A stretch of DNA of 64,000 nt, taken from Atractiella rhizophila. Lineage: Eukaryota. The translations under genes and the position numbers were made by a program. Of the stretch, positions 35,531-47,700 are shown piece after piece. Under the pieces are notes generated by a model. That model searched no databases. It was not told the DNA's origin and worked only from the letters and a program-made list of their open reading frames with translations. Positions within the stretch are counted from its first letter, which is position 1. Each line of letters opens with the position of its first letter. The stretch lies in NCBI GenBank assembly GCA_021432655.1, contig MU271186.1:1-64000 (forward strand). The letters run 5' to 3'.

Positions 35531-38500
35531 ATGAGCAGGGCTAGGATTTGGGAGAAGATACTGCTCATTCGTCTAGACGGGAAAGGAGGAGAGGATCTGA
35601 AGGATGAGGAACTCGAAAAGCTCTGGGATCATGCAGCGGACACTGCCTTGCTGAAAACGTGGCTTGAAGGAGTGCGGGTGAGCGAAATGGTGGAGGGTGG
35701 AAAGGTCAAGGTATGTTATTTTCTCTTCTGTTCTTATTATTTCGGATGGAGTTGTATGCCGCAGTGCAATTCTGTATCCATTGCGCTAATTGGCACCCTG
35801 CCTGTCTGCTCCTGTCGTCTGTGCTGGATACGAAAGGCTTATAAGACTTTTGCGTGCTTGAGCTAGTTCTGAAGATGAATTTTGTTGTACCTTCTTCAGA
35901 GGAGGTGTCATTCTGGCGTATCCCAGTCATTTATCCTCTTGCCTGGCAAGGAAGAAGATTTAAGGAAGTTGACCCCTCTGCATAGACAAATATATCCCGT
36001 ACCTTTCACTCAGCCCTGCACAACTTCCGCACCTACCAACCTTCTGGGTCTGATCGCTCACGTTCTCCGGCTCCTCCGGACGTCAAAGGGAAAGGAAAGG
36101 CGGAGGAGTATACCGATGAAGAAGTGGAAACGTACACGCGGCGGAAATGGAATGCCTTAGAGGTATTCTTCTTCTCCCCTGGTATAACTCACTGAGACTT
36201 GTGGCCACAGACTATGATTGCTATGTTTAGGTGGCTGCTCTATAGGAAGAACTTTCCCAACTTCTCGTACGATGTCATGATTCTCTTTGCTGGAAGTTTG
36301 GATCGTAGTGACGCTGTCTTTTCGGTATGATATTTGCTTCTTATTATCGAGACAGGACTGAAAGCAAAAATGTAGGAGCTTGTAGCTTCTGTAAGCACCT
36401 CGCTCCACTATTCCACAAAACATTCTTAACAGAGGCCAGATTGAGGCAACTATGACCAACACCACGAACGATATTGAGATACGGCATCGTACGTTACAGT
36501 TGGCCCTCACGATAGTCGCTTCTATCAATCAAGGAAGCGTTAACGCTTACTTCCTCCGAAGGTACTGTTATCACCTCTTACTCTGCTTTCACTCACCTAG
36601 CACTCTTAAAGGGACCTGTTTAGTTGCATTGTTCAGGTCGGGCCACTTCTTACATCTCTTAAATGCAGCTCAACGTGATTACAGTTCATTTCCGAACCGA
36701 CAACGTCCATCTACGCATACGAGACCTTCCTCTTCCTCGGCATCCTCGTAAACTTCAGAAAATACGAAGCGCGCAACCCATACCTCGTCCGTATCGAAGA
36801 CCTAGTTGAAGAAGACATCTTCAAGAAGCTCGCCATTGTCACGAGCAACGCGTGCTTACGGACGACGCAGGAGTATTTCGCAATCGCAGACGATTCGCCA
36901 AGAACCTATGTGCCAAAGTTTGGAGAGGTGTTGGGCATGTTGAGTGGCGGCTTTGGCCTCAGGTCGACAAGTCCTGTGCCAGGCTATCGGGGTACTTCGA
37001 GCAAAGTCGATATTGATAAAAAGGGGAAGGATGATATCCGGGTGAAGGAAGATAGCCCTTTTCGGTTTATGTAAGCACTCACCTCTCCTCTTGTTTTGGA
37101 ATTGAAGGTTATGACAGGCCATCAGAAGCGTCTATCATCCTGTTTCCTTTCTATGACCTTCTTAATTCAAACAAGGCACTGGCCAGCCTCATGATTGCTG
37201 AAGTACAACTCGAATTGGATGAGGATGAAGAAGGGGTCTTAAACAAATCGTGGAGTATGTCATGTCTCGCGCTTCTTGTGTGTCTACGGGATAGTCTTGC
37301 TAACTAGAATAATGTGCCAGCTCGTCATTCTCCAATCGCGACCCTTATCTCATTCTCGTCTTATGTCCTCTGCCACGGTTCGGTGTCACCAAGAAGTCGA
37401 GCCTACTCCAGGTTGTGCCTCATCGTCCTTACGCTATTTTGTGAGGAAGGTGGGAAGGTTCTGGCGTCTCAGGATTACGCGCGGACTATCCGGCTTTGCC
37501 GACAGGTCCTTTTCATGCTAGCTCTCAACTCTCAAATGGCACTAATTAAATAATTAGAGATTGCCTACGCTCCCTTACTCGAATGATCGAAAGCGACCGC
37601 CAATTTGCGCCATCCTTGGTGCGTTACTTTTCATTGTGTTAAGTAGCTACTAAAGTTCACTAACAGACTGCTGCACACTATATCTGAGGCACAACCTTCA
37701 AAAGAAGCTGGACGTTCACTCTTAGTAAGTTACCCTTCTACAGCTTCTGCTTGAGCCTCATCAGGTACTCAGCATCGTCGCTTTGCGGTTAATACATCGG
37801 ATAATGCATCTTTTGAAGACAGACAGGATCCGATTAGGTACGCAATACCTCTGCAAAATAATTTTGTCTCACCAATGTTTGAGATCATGACTGGAACGAC
37901 TTATGGCGAGCCATCCTAACCCTTGGCGGCTTCGTTGTGGGTCAAATCGATAACCTGCGACTAATGTACAATACCACAGATGATCTGATATCTTTGGTAT
38001 TTCTCTCTTTTTATCGAAAGTTCTTGTTCCCCATTTGAATGTAGATATTTGTAGTTCTGGGATGTGCCTTGTGCTGGGGAGAAGCTTTCCTGGTGGACGC
38101 AAGCAGCCTCGCAGCGCTCTACTTCGAGATTTTACGCTCGGAACAGTCCCTTAATTCATTGAGCGACTTTTTGGGAATCGCATCGACGGCTCCGAGGCCG
38201 ACTTCAGCAGGAGCCACAGGCTCGAGTTCCAACTTTTCATCGATAGAGAGCGTGCGCAACGTGAAAGCGGTGTGCGCTCATTTCAACGAGAAACTTGAGC
38301 AGGCAAGGAAGGGGAAGGGGAAACTGAAGGGGAGAGATGCAAACGAAGTCTTGGAGATTATCAAATTGAATTTGGAAGGGCTTGACCTCATCGATCACGT
38401 CGCCATGGAGGACGTCCGGTGAGTGATTTTCTTGACTACATGCCTAGACACTTAATAAGAGCAGGATGTATGCTGAAAGTGCACACGAAGGCTTCTTCCG

Positions 38501-38549
38501 AGACTTTACACGCATAATGGCGCAGGACGCTTTGCAGTTGGTCTCATAG
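35531..38549 (+). CDS. ARMH3: Armadillo-like helical domain protein 3 (C10orf76/DUF1741 family), many exons
   Basis: Spliced reading: LGILVNFRKYEARNPYLVRIEDL, LFPFYDLLNSNK, FSSYVLCHG, LYLRHNLQKKLD, ALYFEILR. Confidence 0.78.
35711..35985 (+). other. 275-nt structured first intron of ARMH3
   Basis: GTATGT...TTGAC...TAG (GKVK|TNIS). Pairings TCTTCT/AGAAGA, GGAGTTG/CAATTCT, TGGCACC/GGTGTCA, TCTGAAGA/TCTTCAGA. Confidence 0.78.
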
Positions 38550-39505
38550 GGTCAAACATTTGTTCAAAAACCCATTCTGCTATCTGATCCAAAAGGACAT
38601 TTTGTTTGTTGAGATGATTGGGTCATATTTCGCTTATAGAGAATCCCTCGTTATGGCAAGGAAGCTGCATGAGTAGAATGATAACCAGTGTCTCCCACCA
38701 TTGTCACATGCAGAGACATGACTGTCGATCAATACTGTCCCATGAACCTTGTCAAGTTGCTGGTTGCCCAACGGACGAGTCATTGAGCAATAGATATCGA
38801 ATATCGGTGCCGACAAGGGATTTTCTATTATTGCCCAGCCAGGAACAGATGGAAAGAGGTTGGTCAGTTCACCCAACATTCATGCTGCCTGGACCACAAT
38901 CCCTCTGTTTATCAATAAAATGTAGGACTTGCCCAGGAGTTCGTGATATTCTCCGCAACCTTTCAGAGTTGCTGGTGTCGCTTTCGACCTTGGATTCCCC
39001 CGACATTGATATCTGAGTTGTGACCGTCGATGCCATCAACATCGTTAAAAGGATCTGAGCTTAATCCGTCAACAGCTCTTTTGGGATCTTTTACTCCAAA
39101 ACAACTTTGGACTGTTGCTCCCGTTGGAAGTGCAACGAACTATGCCAAGACCTAGTCAACAATAAAGAATACGACATGCACCTTCAGGGTTATGAAGTCA
39201 AGTATGGCCCTTATTGCAAAATGGCGTCAAAGGTAGAAGGGCAGAGCTGAACGAGTTGCATTCCAACAGTACTTTTATGGATAAGAAACAAGGGACTACT
39301 AGTATTCTTTGATAGTCCCTTCTCGTAAAGAAGGCATGTCATATGTCGTGACGACAATCGAAATGCTACGGCATAATATTTGTTCCCGCTTGCCGTTGTT
39401 GTTGTTGGACAACGGCATCAGTTCTTTGTTATTTTTCCTTCGGCTCCTGATAAATAGCTTCTTTCGCCATCTTTGTGATAGCAAGAGTAGATTTTTCGAA
39501 GCTCG

Positions 39506-40554
39506 ATGGTACCTCCAGCACCCCCGCCGACGCCAGCATCTCCTTTGTTCAGGGACGTCCCTCAGCGCAACACCAACCGACAGCCCCTTCCAACGCAGTT
39601 CTCGATTCGACAAGCTCGCAAAATCTCATTGTCGAAGGCTCCTCTTCGTGTATTCAGTTACTGCGCGGCAACATGCTTCAACAGCGACCCGGTCGAAGAT
39701 GACTGGACCATGGTTAGCCGATCTGATCAACAGGAACAAAATGCCCAGACAGCCGTTCCTCAAACGAAGCTGCCCTCCTCCGAGTCTCAAGCGGACACTC
39801 AACAAGCTACGTCCAATTCTCACTCAGACCTGCCTGAAACGATTGTTGCCTTGCCTTCCCCGTCAACGTCTCCTCACACCAACTCAACGTCCACTCAAAC
39901 AAAGAAGTCTCCCGATCCAACGGCGGCACCTCCCGCCAAAACAGAAGCATTAGCTCCCCCGACAGATGCGAGCTTCTCTGAGAGAACATTGATCCATGCT
40001 CACGACGATGAAACATATCCTCGAGCGACCAGAAACAGCCGCAAGTCATCAGGACGGCGTCAGAAACGCGTTTCTGCACACACAGCGAATGGGCTCGCTC
40101 GGAGGTTATCAGGACGTCAAAAGTCTGAACCAGAAATCGGCCCACCTCAGAGCTATGAGACTTTCGACGAATTCGATAAGAAGGTCAGCATTGTTTTGGA
40201 CAACAGAGAGGGAGGGGGAATGAAGGACAGTGATAATCCACAGCGGCCGTTTTTGATCAATCGCACAGCATCGGGAAAGGTGATTTCCCTCTCTTCTCCA
40301 GCACAGAAGTCTCTCACATCCGCAAACAGCTTCAAGAGTTAGTCCTGGCTGGAGACAAAGGAACTCCTCAGACGGTTCATGATTTGCAGTATAACGAACC
40401 TTCAACTCTCATCCCAGCGAACGATATTTTGCATTTCAGGTCGAATTCAGTCCCGCAACGTCAGCAGAGCACAAAATCGACCCGTAGCTTGAAGACGGAC
40501 TGGCAACGAAGGTTGGGAAGCAATTTAAGACGAAACAATAGCGCTAGAGTTTAG
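39506..40554 (+). CDS. Hypothetical S/T/P-rich disordered protein
   Basis: 278-aa ORF 39506-40342 plus a probable short last exon; end approximate. Confidence 0.55.
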
Positions 40555-41436
40555 TCAACGATGGATTCACGGATTGAAGAAATAGTCATGGCGGTAATAT
40601 GGATAATAGATATTCGTTGTTTCTTCTTTTATCTTTTTCGTTCTTTTTAGTATCAATGACATCTTCGTTTCTAGTTACTGAATATAACCACGCATAAGTT
40701 ATGTTGTAATCTTATAGCCTAATATTGATAATGATGCCATATCTTGGACAGAATGTGGTTGAAGCGCATTCAGCGCTCATCGATGTCATTGAGGTCAAAT
40801 TGAAAGGTTACGAAGGCTTGGAAGCACTGCCGATAAATAAGGCATTCCTAAGTTGCTTCTTCAAAGCTCCTTCACCATTCATGCAAAAACTCGGTCACAG
40901 GTCGCAGGGACGTATGAGCTACAGAGTGGCCGGATCATGATAAGGTGACATTCAGCTTTAATGAGCAGCATACAGCTGGCAGGAAGTGGTGGGTAAGAAC
41001 ATCCAATGGCACTGCACTAAATCCGAGCACATTGAAACTGGTATGGAAATTGATGGAGAGATGTTTCCAAAGACAGCATTATATCTGGGTTGAATTGTAG
41101 AGCGCTGATAAAATGCTTCGTCAATTGTACAAAACGCACCTCTACGTCACTGACAACGGCACTTGGCGCCAGGTACCCTCTGCAACAGTGGCACGCCCGC
41201 TAGGACTCCATTCCGACACATCCTTTTGCCTTGCCTCTTCTTTTATGCTTCTCCCCTTGCTGGTCTTTCTTGAACCTCCTGGAGGACGCAATACTGGAAG
41301 AGTTGAGGGGCTTCAAGCCAGGGAACAAGGGGCCAGCCAGTACAAGGACTTTCATTTCGATTCCATTGACCCTGACAGAGAGACCTAGAAAGGAGATCTT
41401 CAAAGTAGCAGAACCGAAAATTTTCAAGCTAGAGAT

Positions 41437-42243
41437 ATGGGGAATAAACGAAAGCGATCCCACTCAATCTCATCCAACGAAGGAGCTCCAACACGAGCTA
41501 CTTTGCAAGGGAAGGGGAGCTCTATGTTCCTGCCGTCTCTGATGGCAGGATATACAAGTGGAGATGGTAGAGATGGGGATTATGAGTTTTCAGGAGAAGA
41601 GGACTTTGAGGATGATGATAAGCCAGAACGGAAGAATAGGCGTGGCCAGCGAGCTAGACGTGCGTGAGTACTTGTGTTTATGCTTAAAGTAAAGGTTGTT
41701 GAGATATTGGTTGCAAGCATATGGGAAAAGAAGTATGGACGGGGTGCAAAACACCTGAAAACCTCGCAGGAAGCAGAAGTAGAAGCGCAGGATGATGCTA
41801 GACCTGCGAAGAAGAAGAAAGGGGATGAGCGAAGAGAAAAAGAGAAGAAGATCAAGCCCAGTGACGCTCGTCGTAAGGAGAAACGCGCTGCGAAGCTAGG
41901 TCGTCCTTTACCGTCACTAGCAGGGAAAGTTGAGCAACGCCAAGTTCCTGATCGTGGGGAGCCCAAAAATTCGTCCTCTTCCCGCCTTTCTCATTTCTCT
42001 CATCCTGACCGGCAATCGAGGTCAACAACTGAAGATAGGAAACCACAGCAAACTAGGAAGGAGGAAGTACCATTGCCTCAGAAGGGGAAGATCTCCCAAG
42101 AGGAACATTCGAAAGAAAAACCGAAACCAGTAACAGCCCCAGCACTCCACCCTTCTTGGGACGCGAAGAGGAAACAATCGGATGTAGTGGCAAATGCTTT
42201 GGCTGGAAAATCTGGAGGAGCAAAAAAGATTGTGTTTGATTGA
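41437..42243 (+). CDS. BUD22: Ribosome biogenesis protein Bud22 (C-terminal domain)
   Basis: SMFLPSLMAGY, RKNRRGQRARRA-IWEKKYGRGAKH, LHPSWDAKRKQ, KKIVFD*. True start uncertain. Confidence 0.85.
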
Positions 42244-42507
42244 TGAACTTTCGGAGTGCGTGCATTGATTTGTGGAGGCGTCGTTGCCTTTCGGTGGAAA
42301 GTCCGTCCTAACGCTGAATGCAATCTACGAGCATTATTCATCAACTTTATTGCGTCCTTCCCAGGCCTCTGCTGGGCCCACATTCTAATTCCAAACTTAC
42401 TGGGAGACATTTCAAAGAAAAGCACTTTTGTATCACGTGTTTTCCTTGACGCGTCCAACAGACGCGAATTAACGCCTTGACTTTCTCCCACTCAGCCACT
42501 CAGTAAA

Positions 42508-44487
42508 ATGGGGAAAAAGCGTGTTATACTCCAGCGTTCTGACGAGGAAGACACCCCCGTGAAGTCGGGTAGACCAGCGCTTGTCAGCGTTACGGAGGTG
42601 GAATGGGGACCAGAATGCGGCCGTCTCGTCATTCGTCCACCAAACTCAGACAAGGCGCTGGGTTCGTCTTTTCTATCTCACCGCGCTTGATAACATGTTG
42701 GTATAGCTCTCGTGATACCCCTCACACCGAAATATTTACCTGTTATCGTTGGTCGCCATCGAACAGCGAGCTATATCATCCCGAAAGAAAGCGTGTCGAA
42801 CCATCATTTCAAGATTTACGCGTTTACTTCGGATGCCGGAGATTCCTTTGCGTGTCTAGAAGATGTCAGCTCGCATGGGACAAAGGTGAATGGACGCTGG
42901 TTAAGAAAACGCGCCGTGATCCTGGAGGATGGGGATAAGGTCCAAGTTGAGGACCACGGTAAGCAGTGATAGCATCACAGTGTAGAGTCGGGCTCAGTCT
43001 TACTGTTGAGAGCAGAGATGACATATCGTCACGGGAACAAACGAGGTTCTTCTCTAGTGGTCATGAAGGATGTTGGAGATTATACCTTCAGCGATCGAGT
43101 CCTCGGAACGTAAGTGTCCTATTTTATAAGAATCTCGTTCCTAAAGCTTACAGGGTCTGTACAGGGGAGGCCAATCGTCCTCCGTGATGCTGTCAAAGTC
43201 GAAGAGCACAGGTCAACAATATGCCTGCAAGATCCTCTCTCGTTCTCGTCTGTACCTCAAGAAGGAGTCGGATTCGAGCGTCCTTGCCAAATTCAAGCGA
43301 GAAATCGACATTCTCAAAGATGTCACACATCCGAATGTCAATAAAATTGCTGACCTTCAGTGGGACCAAAATCGAGTCTACCTATTCCTCGATCTCGTTA
43401 TGGGAGGAGACCTTTTCGGGTACATCGATAGCAAAGGAGTGTTGGACGTCGCGGAGTCGAAATGGATCGGGTTTCAAATCCTCAAGGTACTCTCCCAAAG
43501 CTGACTGACAGAGTGCTGACTGAAGAAAGGCATTGACCTATCTTCACGACGTGAAAAACATATCTCATCGGGATCTCAAGGCGTGTCTTCCCTTTTTACT
43601 GTTTCTCAACTTAATCTTTGGATAGTTGGAAAATGTCTTGCTCCTTACACCTTCAGAATTCCCTCGAGTGCAAATCGCGGATTTTGGGAGTGCTCGTCTT
43701 GCGACTGCGAAACTTCATAGCGTGCAAGGGACGCTCACTTATCTGCCACCAGAGATCCTGACCATGCAGGACACTCGGGAGCTGTATGACGGAAAACTGG
43801 TTCGTGTTCCACCCCCCGAGACTGAAGTAAGCTGAAAAGAATAAGTAGGTGGACTGTTGGACTGTTGGAATAATTATCTACATCCTGCTTATGTACCCGG
43901 GTCCTTCTGATTGTGTCACCTCTGAGTGGGAAGCAGGGGACAACATCCATTTCGATTCCCGAATCTCCCGTCCTATTCAACACAACGGCAGCACCTCTCG
44001 CAAACCTCCGACGACTGTTCGCAGTCAAATGATCCGTACGACGTTACAATTCAGCACAATGTTGTTGCCAATGAGTTTCAGTTTGGCAAGGATTTTGGCG
44101 AGGACGATAGCGAGCGTCTGTCCTTTTTTCTTGGGGATTACATGCTTGCTAACCGGAATTCAACAGTCAAAGCTATCATCAGCGGTTTCCTGAAAAAAAA
44201 TCCATCCCAACGCCTTTCGTCAGTTCTGTTCTAGTCTCCAGCTTATGCTTGAGCACACTGGCTGATCTCAAGGCATTCATAGGGCCGCAGACGGTCTCAA
44301 CCATCCGTGGTTTAGGAAGAACCTGAAGCAACTTGAGGACCTCTATCTCACGAAAGTCATAAAGCCTCATGAAGAACATGAGAAGGCGAAAATGAACGGT
44401 TTGAGAGAGGAGAGCAACTTGAAAGCGGTTGTGAACCATGGCTACGCCGTTGAAGATCGAGTTTCAGACAGAAGGATGACTCTATAA
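42508..44487 (+). CDS. FHA-domain Ser/Thr kinase (Chk2/Mek1/Dun1 family)
   Basis: FHA: VIVGR, VSNHHF, LEDVSSHGTKVNG. Kinase: YACKI, HPNV, GGDLF, HRDLK-LEN, IADFG, GTLTYLPPE, DCWTVG, HPWF. Confidence 0.9.
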
Positions 44488-44708
44488 CGAATATTTCATT
44501 AAGAGAACAGTTTACACCGTCAGACAAAGTAATATTTATCAGCAGCAATTCAGAAACAAAAAACAATCAATCCGCGGCCCCCACCCAACGGGGTCCGGTC
44601 CGGAAAAAAACTGCAACAAAACCAAACAAGTTTGCCTCCCCAAAACCAAACAACCGAAAAAGACCCTTTCTTCACACTCTTTCATCCCTTTCGTATATAC
44701 ACAGCATA

Positions 44709-47700
44709 ATGGCCTCCCACCCTTCGTCCTCTTCCTCCGCCGACTTTCCGGCGACCTCCTTAGTATCGAACCCCCAACGACTTCAGGGTGCACCTTCTCG
44801 TCAGGCAGGACCACATTCCGTCTCCCGTAGATCAGGCTCTTCGCCTACAGCAGTGACAACTATGTTTCCTCCAAATATACAGCAGCAGCGGCCTACAAAG
44901 GGCCCAGAGAAGCGAAAGAAGGATAATCTCAAACGAGCAAGTAGTCCTTTAGCGATACCAGCTCTAGGGATAGCGCCAGGCTCCACGCAAACCAGTCCTT
45001 ACAGAGCACAGTACTCTCCCATGACAAGAGAGAGGGAAACGGAGAGAACAGTCTCGAAGAAGGATAGATCTAAATATCTTATTACGGTCATCCCACCTCT
45101 GCATCTTCCTCACGACCCACCGCACCCTCGGACCAGTCCTTTCAGTTCTGGTTATGGCTCCACAACTGGTTTCAGGTACGCTCTCCCTTGTTTGAAAAAT
45201 GGGAAGAGATTTGAACGAACATCAGGAGGGGAACCCTTGTCCCACTGTATCCAACTTTGAGCTTGCAGTTGGCCGCGATCGGTGCGCATTGTCCGCTTTG
45301 TGATTAAAAGTATGTTGACCGTGGCGCGCAGCACGAGAATATTCCCTTCCCTCAACTGGGGGACTCTTGCTATTCCTTCTATCCACGACACCAGCGCTCG
45401 CATCTCCCTTCTCTTCCGCTCTTTCTTCAGACGGCGGCCCTCGAATTGGCGAAGAAGCTTGGGAAATCTTATGGGCCTCTCTCTTTGAAGAAGAGGAGGA
45501 GGAGGAAGAGCTTGAGTGGGAAATTGACAGTTGGGAAGGCGAGCCTGAAGCTGAATGGTATGCTGGCGAGAGCGACTATACACGCCCTGAGGAGCCGGAG
45601 GAGGACGAAGAGTCTTTTGGTTCTCCCATTTCTGCACCGATATCAGATCCTCCAATTGGCAATAAGGAGAAAGAAGAGAAGAAAAAGCGCAAGAGTGCGA
45701 AATCGGCGCCAGGTGGTATTCCCAACTCGATCCTAGGCGAGAGCCGACATCCTTCCTCTTCTGCACCTGGTTCCAGGGCGGGTTCGAGGTATGGCTATGT
45801 CCCTCCTCCGAATCCCGCTATGGCTCCGTACCCGTACCCCTACCGTCCATCGATGCCCAAGGCCAAAAACCGTGCTTTTCTCCCTTTCACCCATCACCCC
45901 TCCTCCCAACCGGACCTACGGGCAGTCGCATTGGCGCAGCAGAGACGGATGGCGCAGAGCGTTCGCAGCAGTGCAACAATGAGAACTCGCGGGAGTGCTG
46001 GTTTTGGAGAGACGGTTGTTGTGGGGAAGGTGGAGTTTGATATTGATCGGAGGAGTGGGAGGGCGAGATGGTATGATGAATGGCTGAGACAGGCAGAAGG
46101 CGTTCCCGGAGCGGAGGATCTGTTGCGATCCTCGACTGGCGCGAGCTCAAACGCGAGCTCCGGACGTGAAAGAAGAGGAAGAGATCTCATGCTTCCAACT
46201 CTCGTCAACGTCCAAGTGCGCACGCCAACACCGACGAGTGCGGAGCCACCGTCACGGGCTCTGAAAGAGCATGATACCCCTCGACAAGTCTCCCAGCCAA
46301 CTGTGTTCTCCATTCCTTTCGCAGCCACTCGACAACAGTCGCCTCCACTCTCCCTCTCCTCCGCATCCACTCATTCACCCTCTTCTCGTCGTGCCGCTCT
46401 TCCACCCCCGGAAGAAACCGATACCCCAAGCGCTCGAGGGATGGCGCCCCTTGTAACTGCTCAGCATCAGCACGAAACACAAGAAGCTGATTTCTTGGAC
46501 GCCCCTTTGCCGACCCCGTTCAGTCTCGCCTCTTCACATTCGCAAAGCAGTCGCGGACATCCATTCGGCGACGAAGACGTGTTGAGGGAGATGGAGATGT
46601 ACGAGAGACAAGAGGAGGGGATGCAAAGAGAATTGGAGCTGAAGGAGCCACAGCGAGAGGTGCATGAGAGGCAGACGACTGGTGATGATGAGGGGTTGCA
46701 GGAAAGGGGTATGCGATCCAATCCTCCTCCTACGTCTTCAAGCGTACCTTCTGAAGATGAACATCACGTTCAACGGCATTCGAGGACATCCTCGGTCAGT
46801 ATGACGGCAGCGCAGTCGGGGATGGTAGAGAGTGAAGGAGGATATGCACCACTGTTAGAACAAGAGGACGGTTCAGAGTACGGCGCCGAAGCAGAAATCA
46901 GTTCGCTAGTTCAAGAAGACGACGGGGAGCGTATGTCGTTCAGGGATTCTCAATCATCCTTCAAATCGCATTCGAGAAGGAGCAGCGTCGGTAGCCTCCC
47001 AGACGGCGCAAAAATTCTCTCGTCAGGTACCGACCCTCTCGCCGACATCTTCCCGTCCGACGGTACTACGTGGATGGAGATGAAATCTGAGACTGGTGTT
47101 GCACCGGAACGCGAGCAGGAGTTGATCAACGAGGCACTTGCTGGAAGACTTCCAGTGGATGCATATACGAAAGGCCTAGGGATTGTTGGTACAACAGGAG
47201 AAGGCATTGTGATGCCACCAAGTGTCACAGACGACGATGAGGATATCTTGAAGGAAGATGGGGTCAATGAAGTGGTGCGACTGCTGGTTGAGAAAAGGAA
47301 AGAGGAAGAACGGTCCGTTTTGCAAGGTTTAGAGAGCCCTATCCAACTTGCGCCAGCCGTGTTCAAGAAAGGTGTGCTTTGTCCTCCATTACATTACATC
47401 ACACGAAGATGTGCTGATGTTCCTTGCAGAGGAATCACCCGAAACACACGGAAGAGAACTGGAAGAATCTGTGCCATTGACTCCCCATACAAACCAGTCA
47501 CGCCAACAAACCCCGCCAAGCTTCATCCCCCCCATTGTCGAGCCTACACCTGAGAATGTCGAAGATGCTACGCCTACTCTAGCACCAGACACGTCATTGT
47601 CGAAACCGTCAAGTCCATCTAAGTGGGCGTCAGCTCTTGCATTCCCGTTTGGAGCGTTACGACGGAGAGCGGGTAGCGAAGCGTCGCAAACAAGCGCCTC

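Larger units (their letters stand above)
30191..35797. repeat. Tandem duplication, 2 x 2803 bp (30191-32993, 32995-35797)
   Basis: Near-identical copies at offset 2804; single unmatched A at 32994. Confidence 0.97.

Noticed and set aside
38618..39300. Possible gene between ARMH3 and the 39506 ORF
   Set aside because: Only short ORFs with no recognisable motif or consistent splice model.
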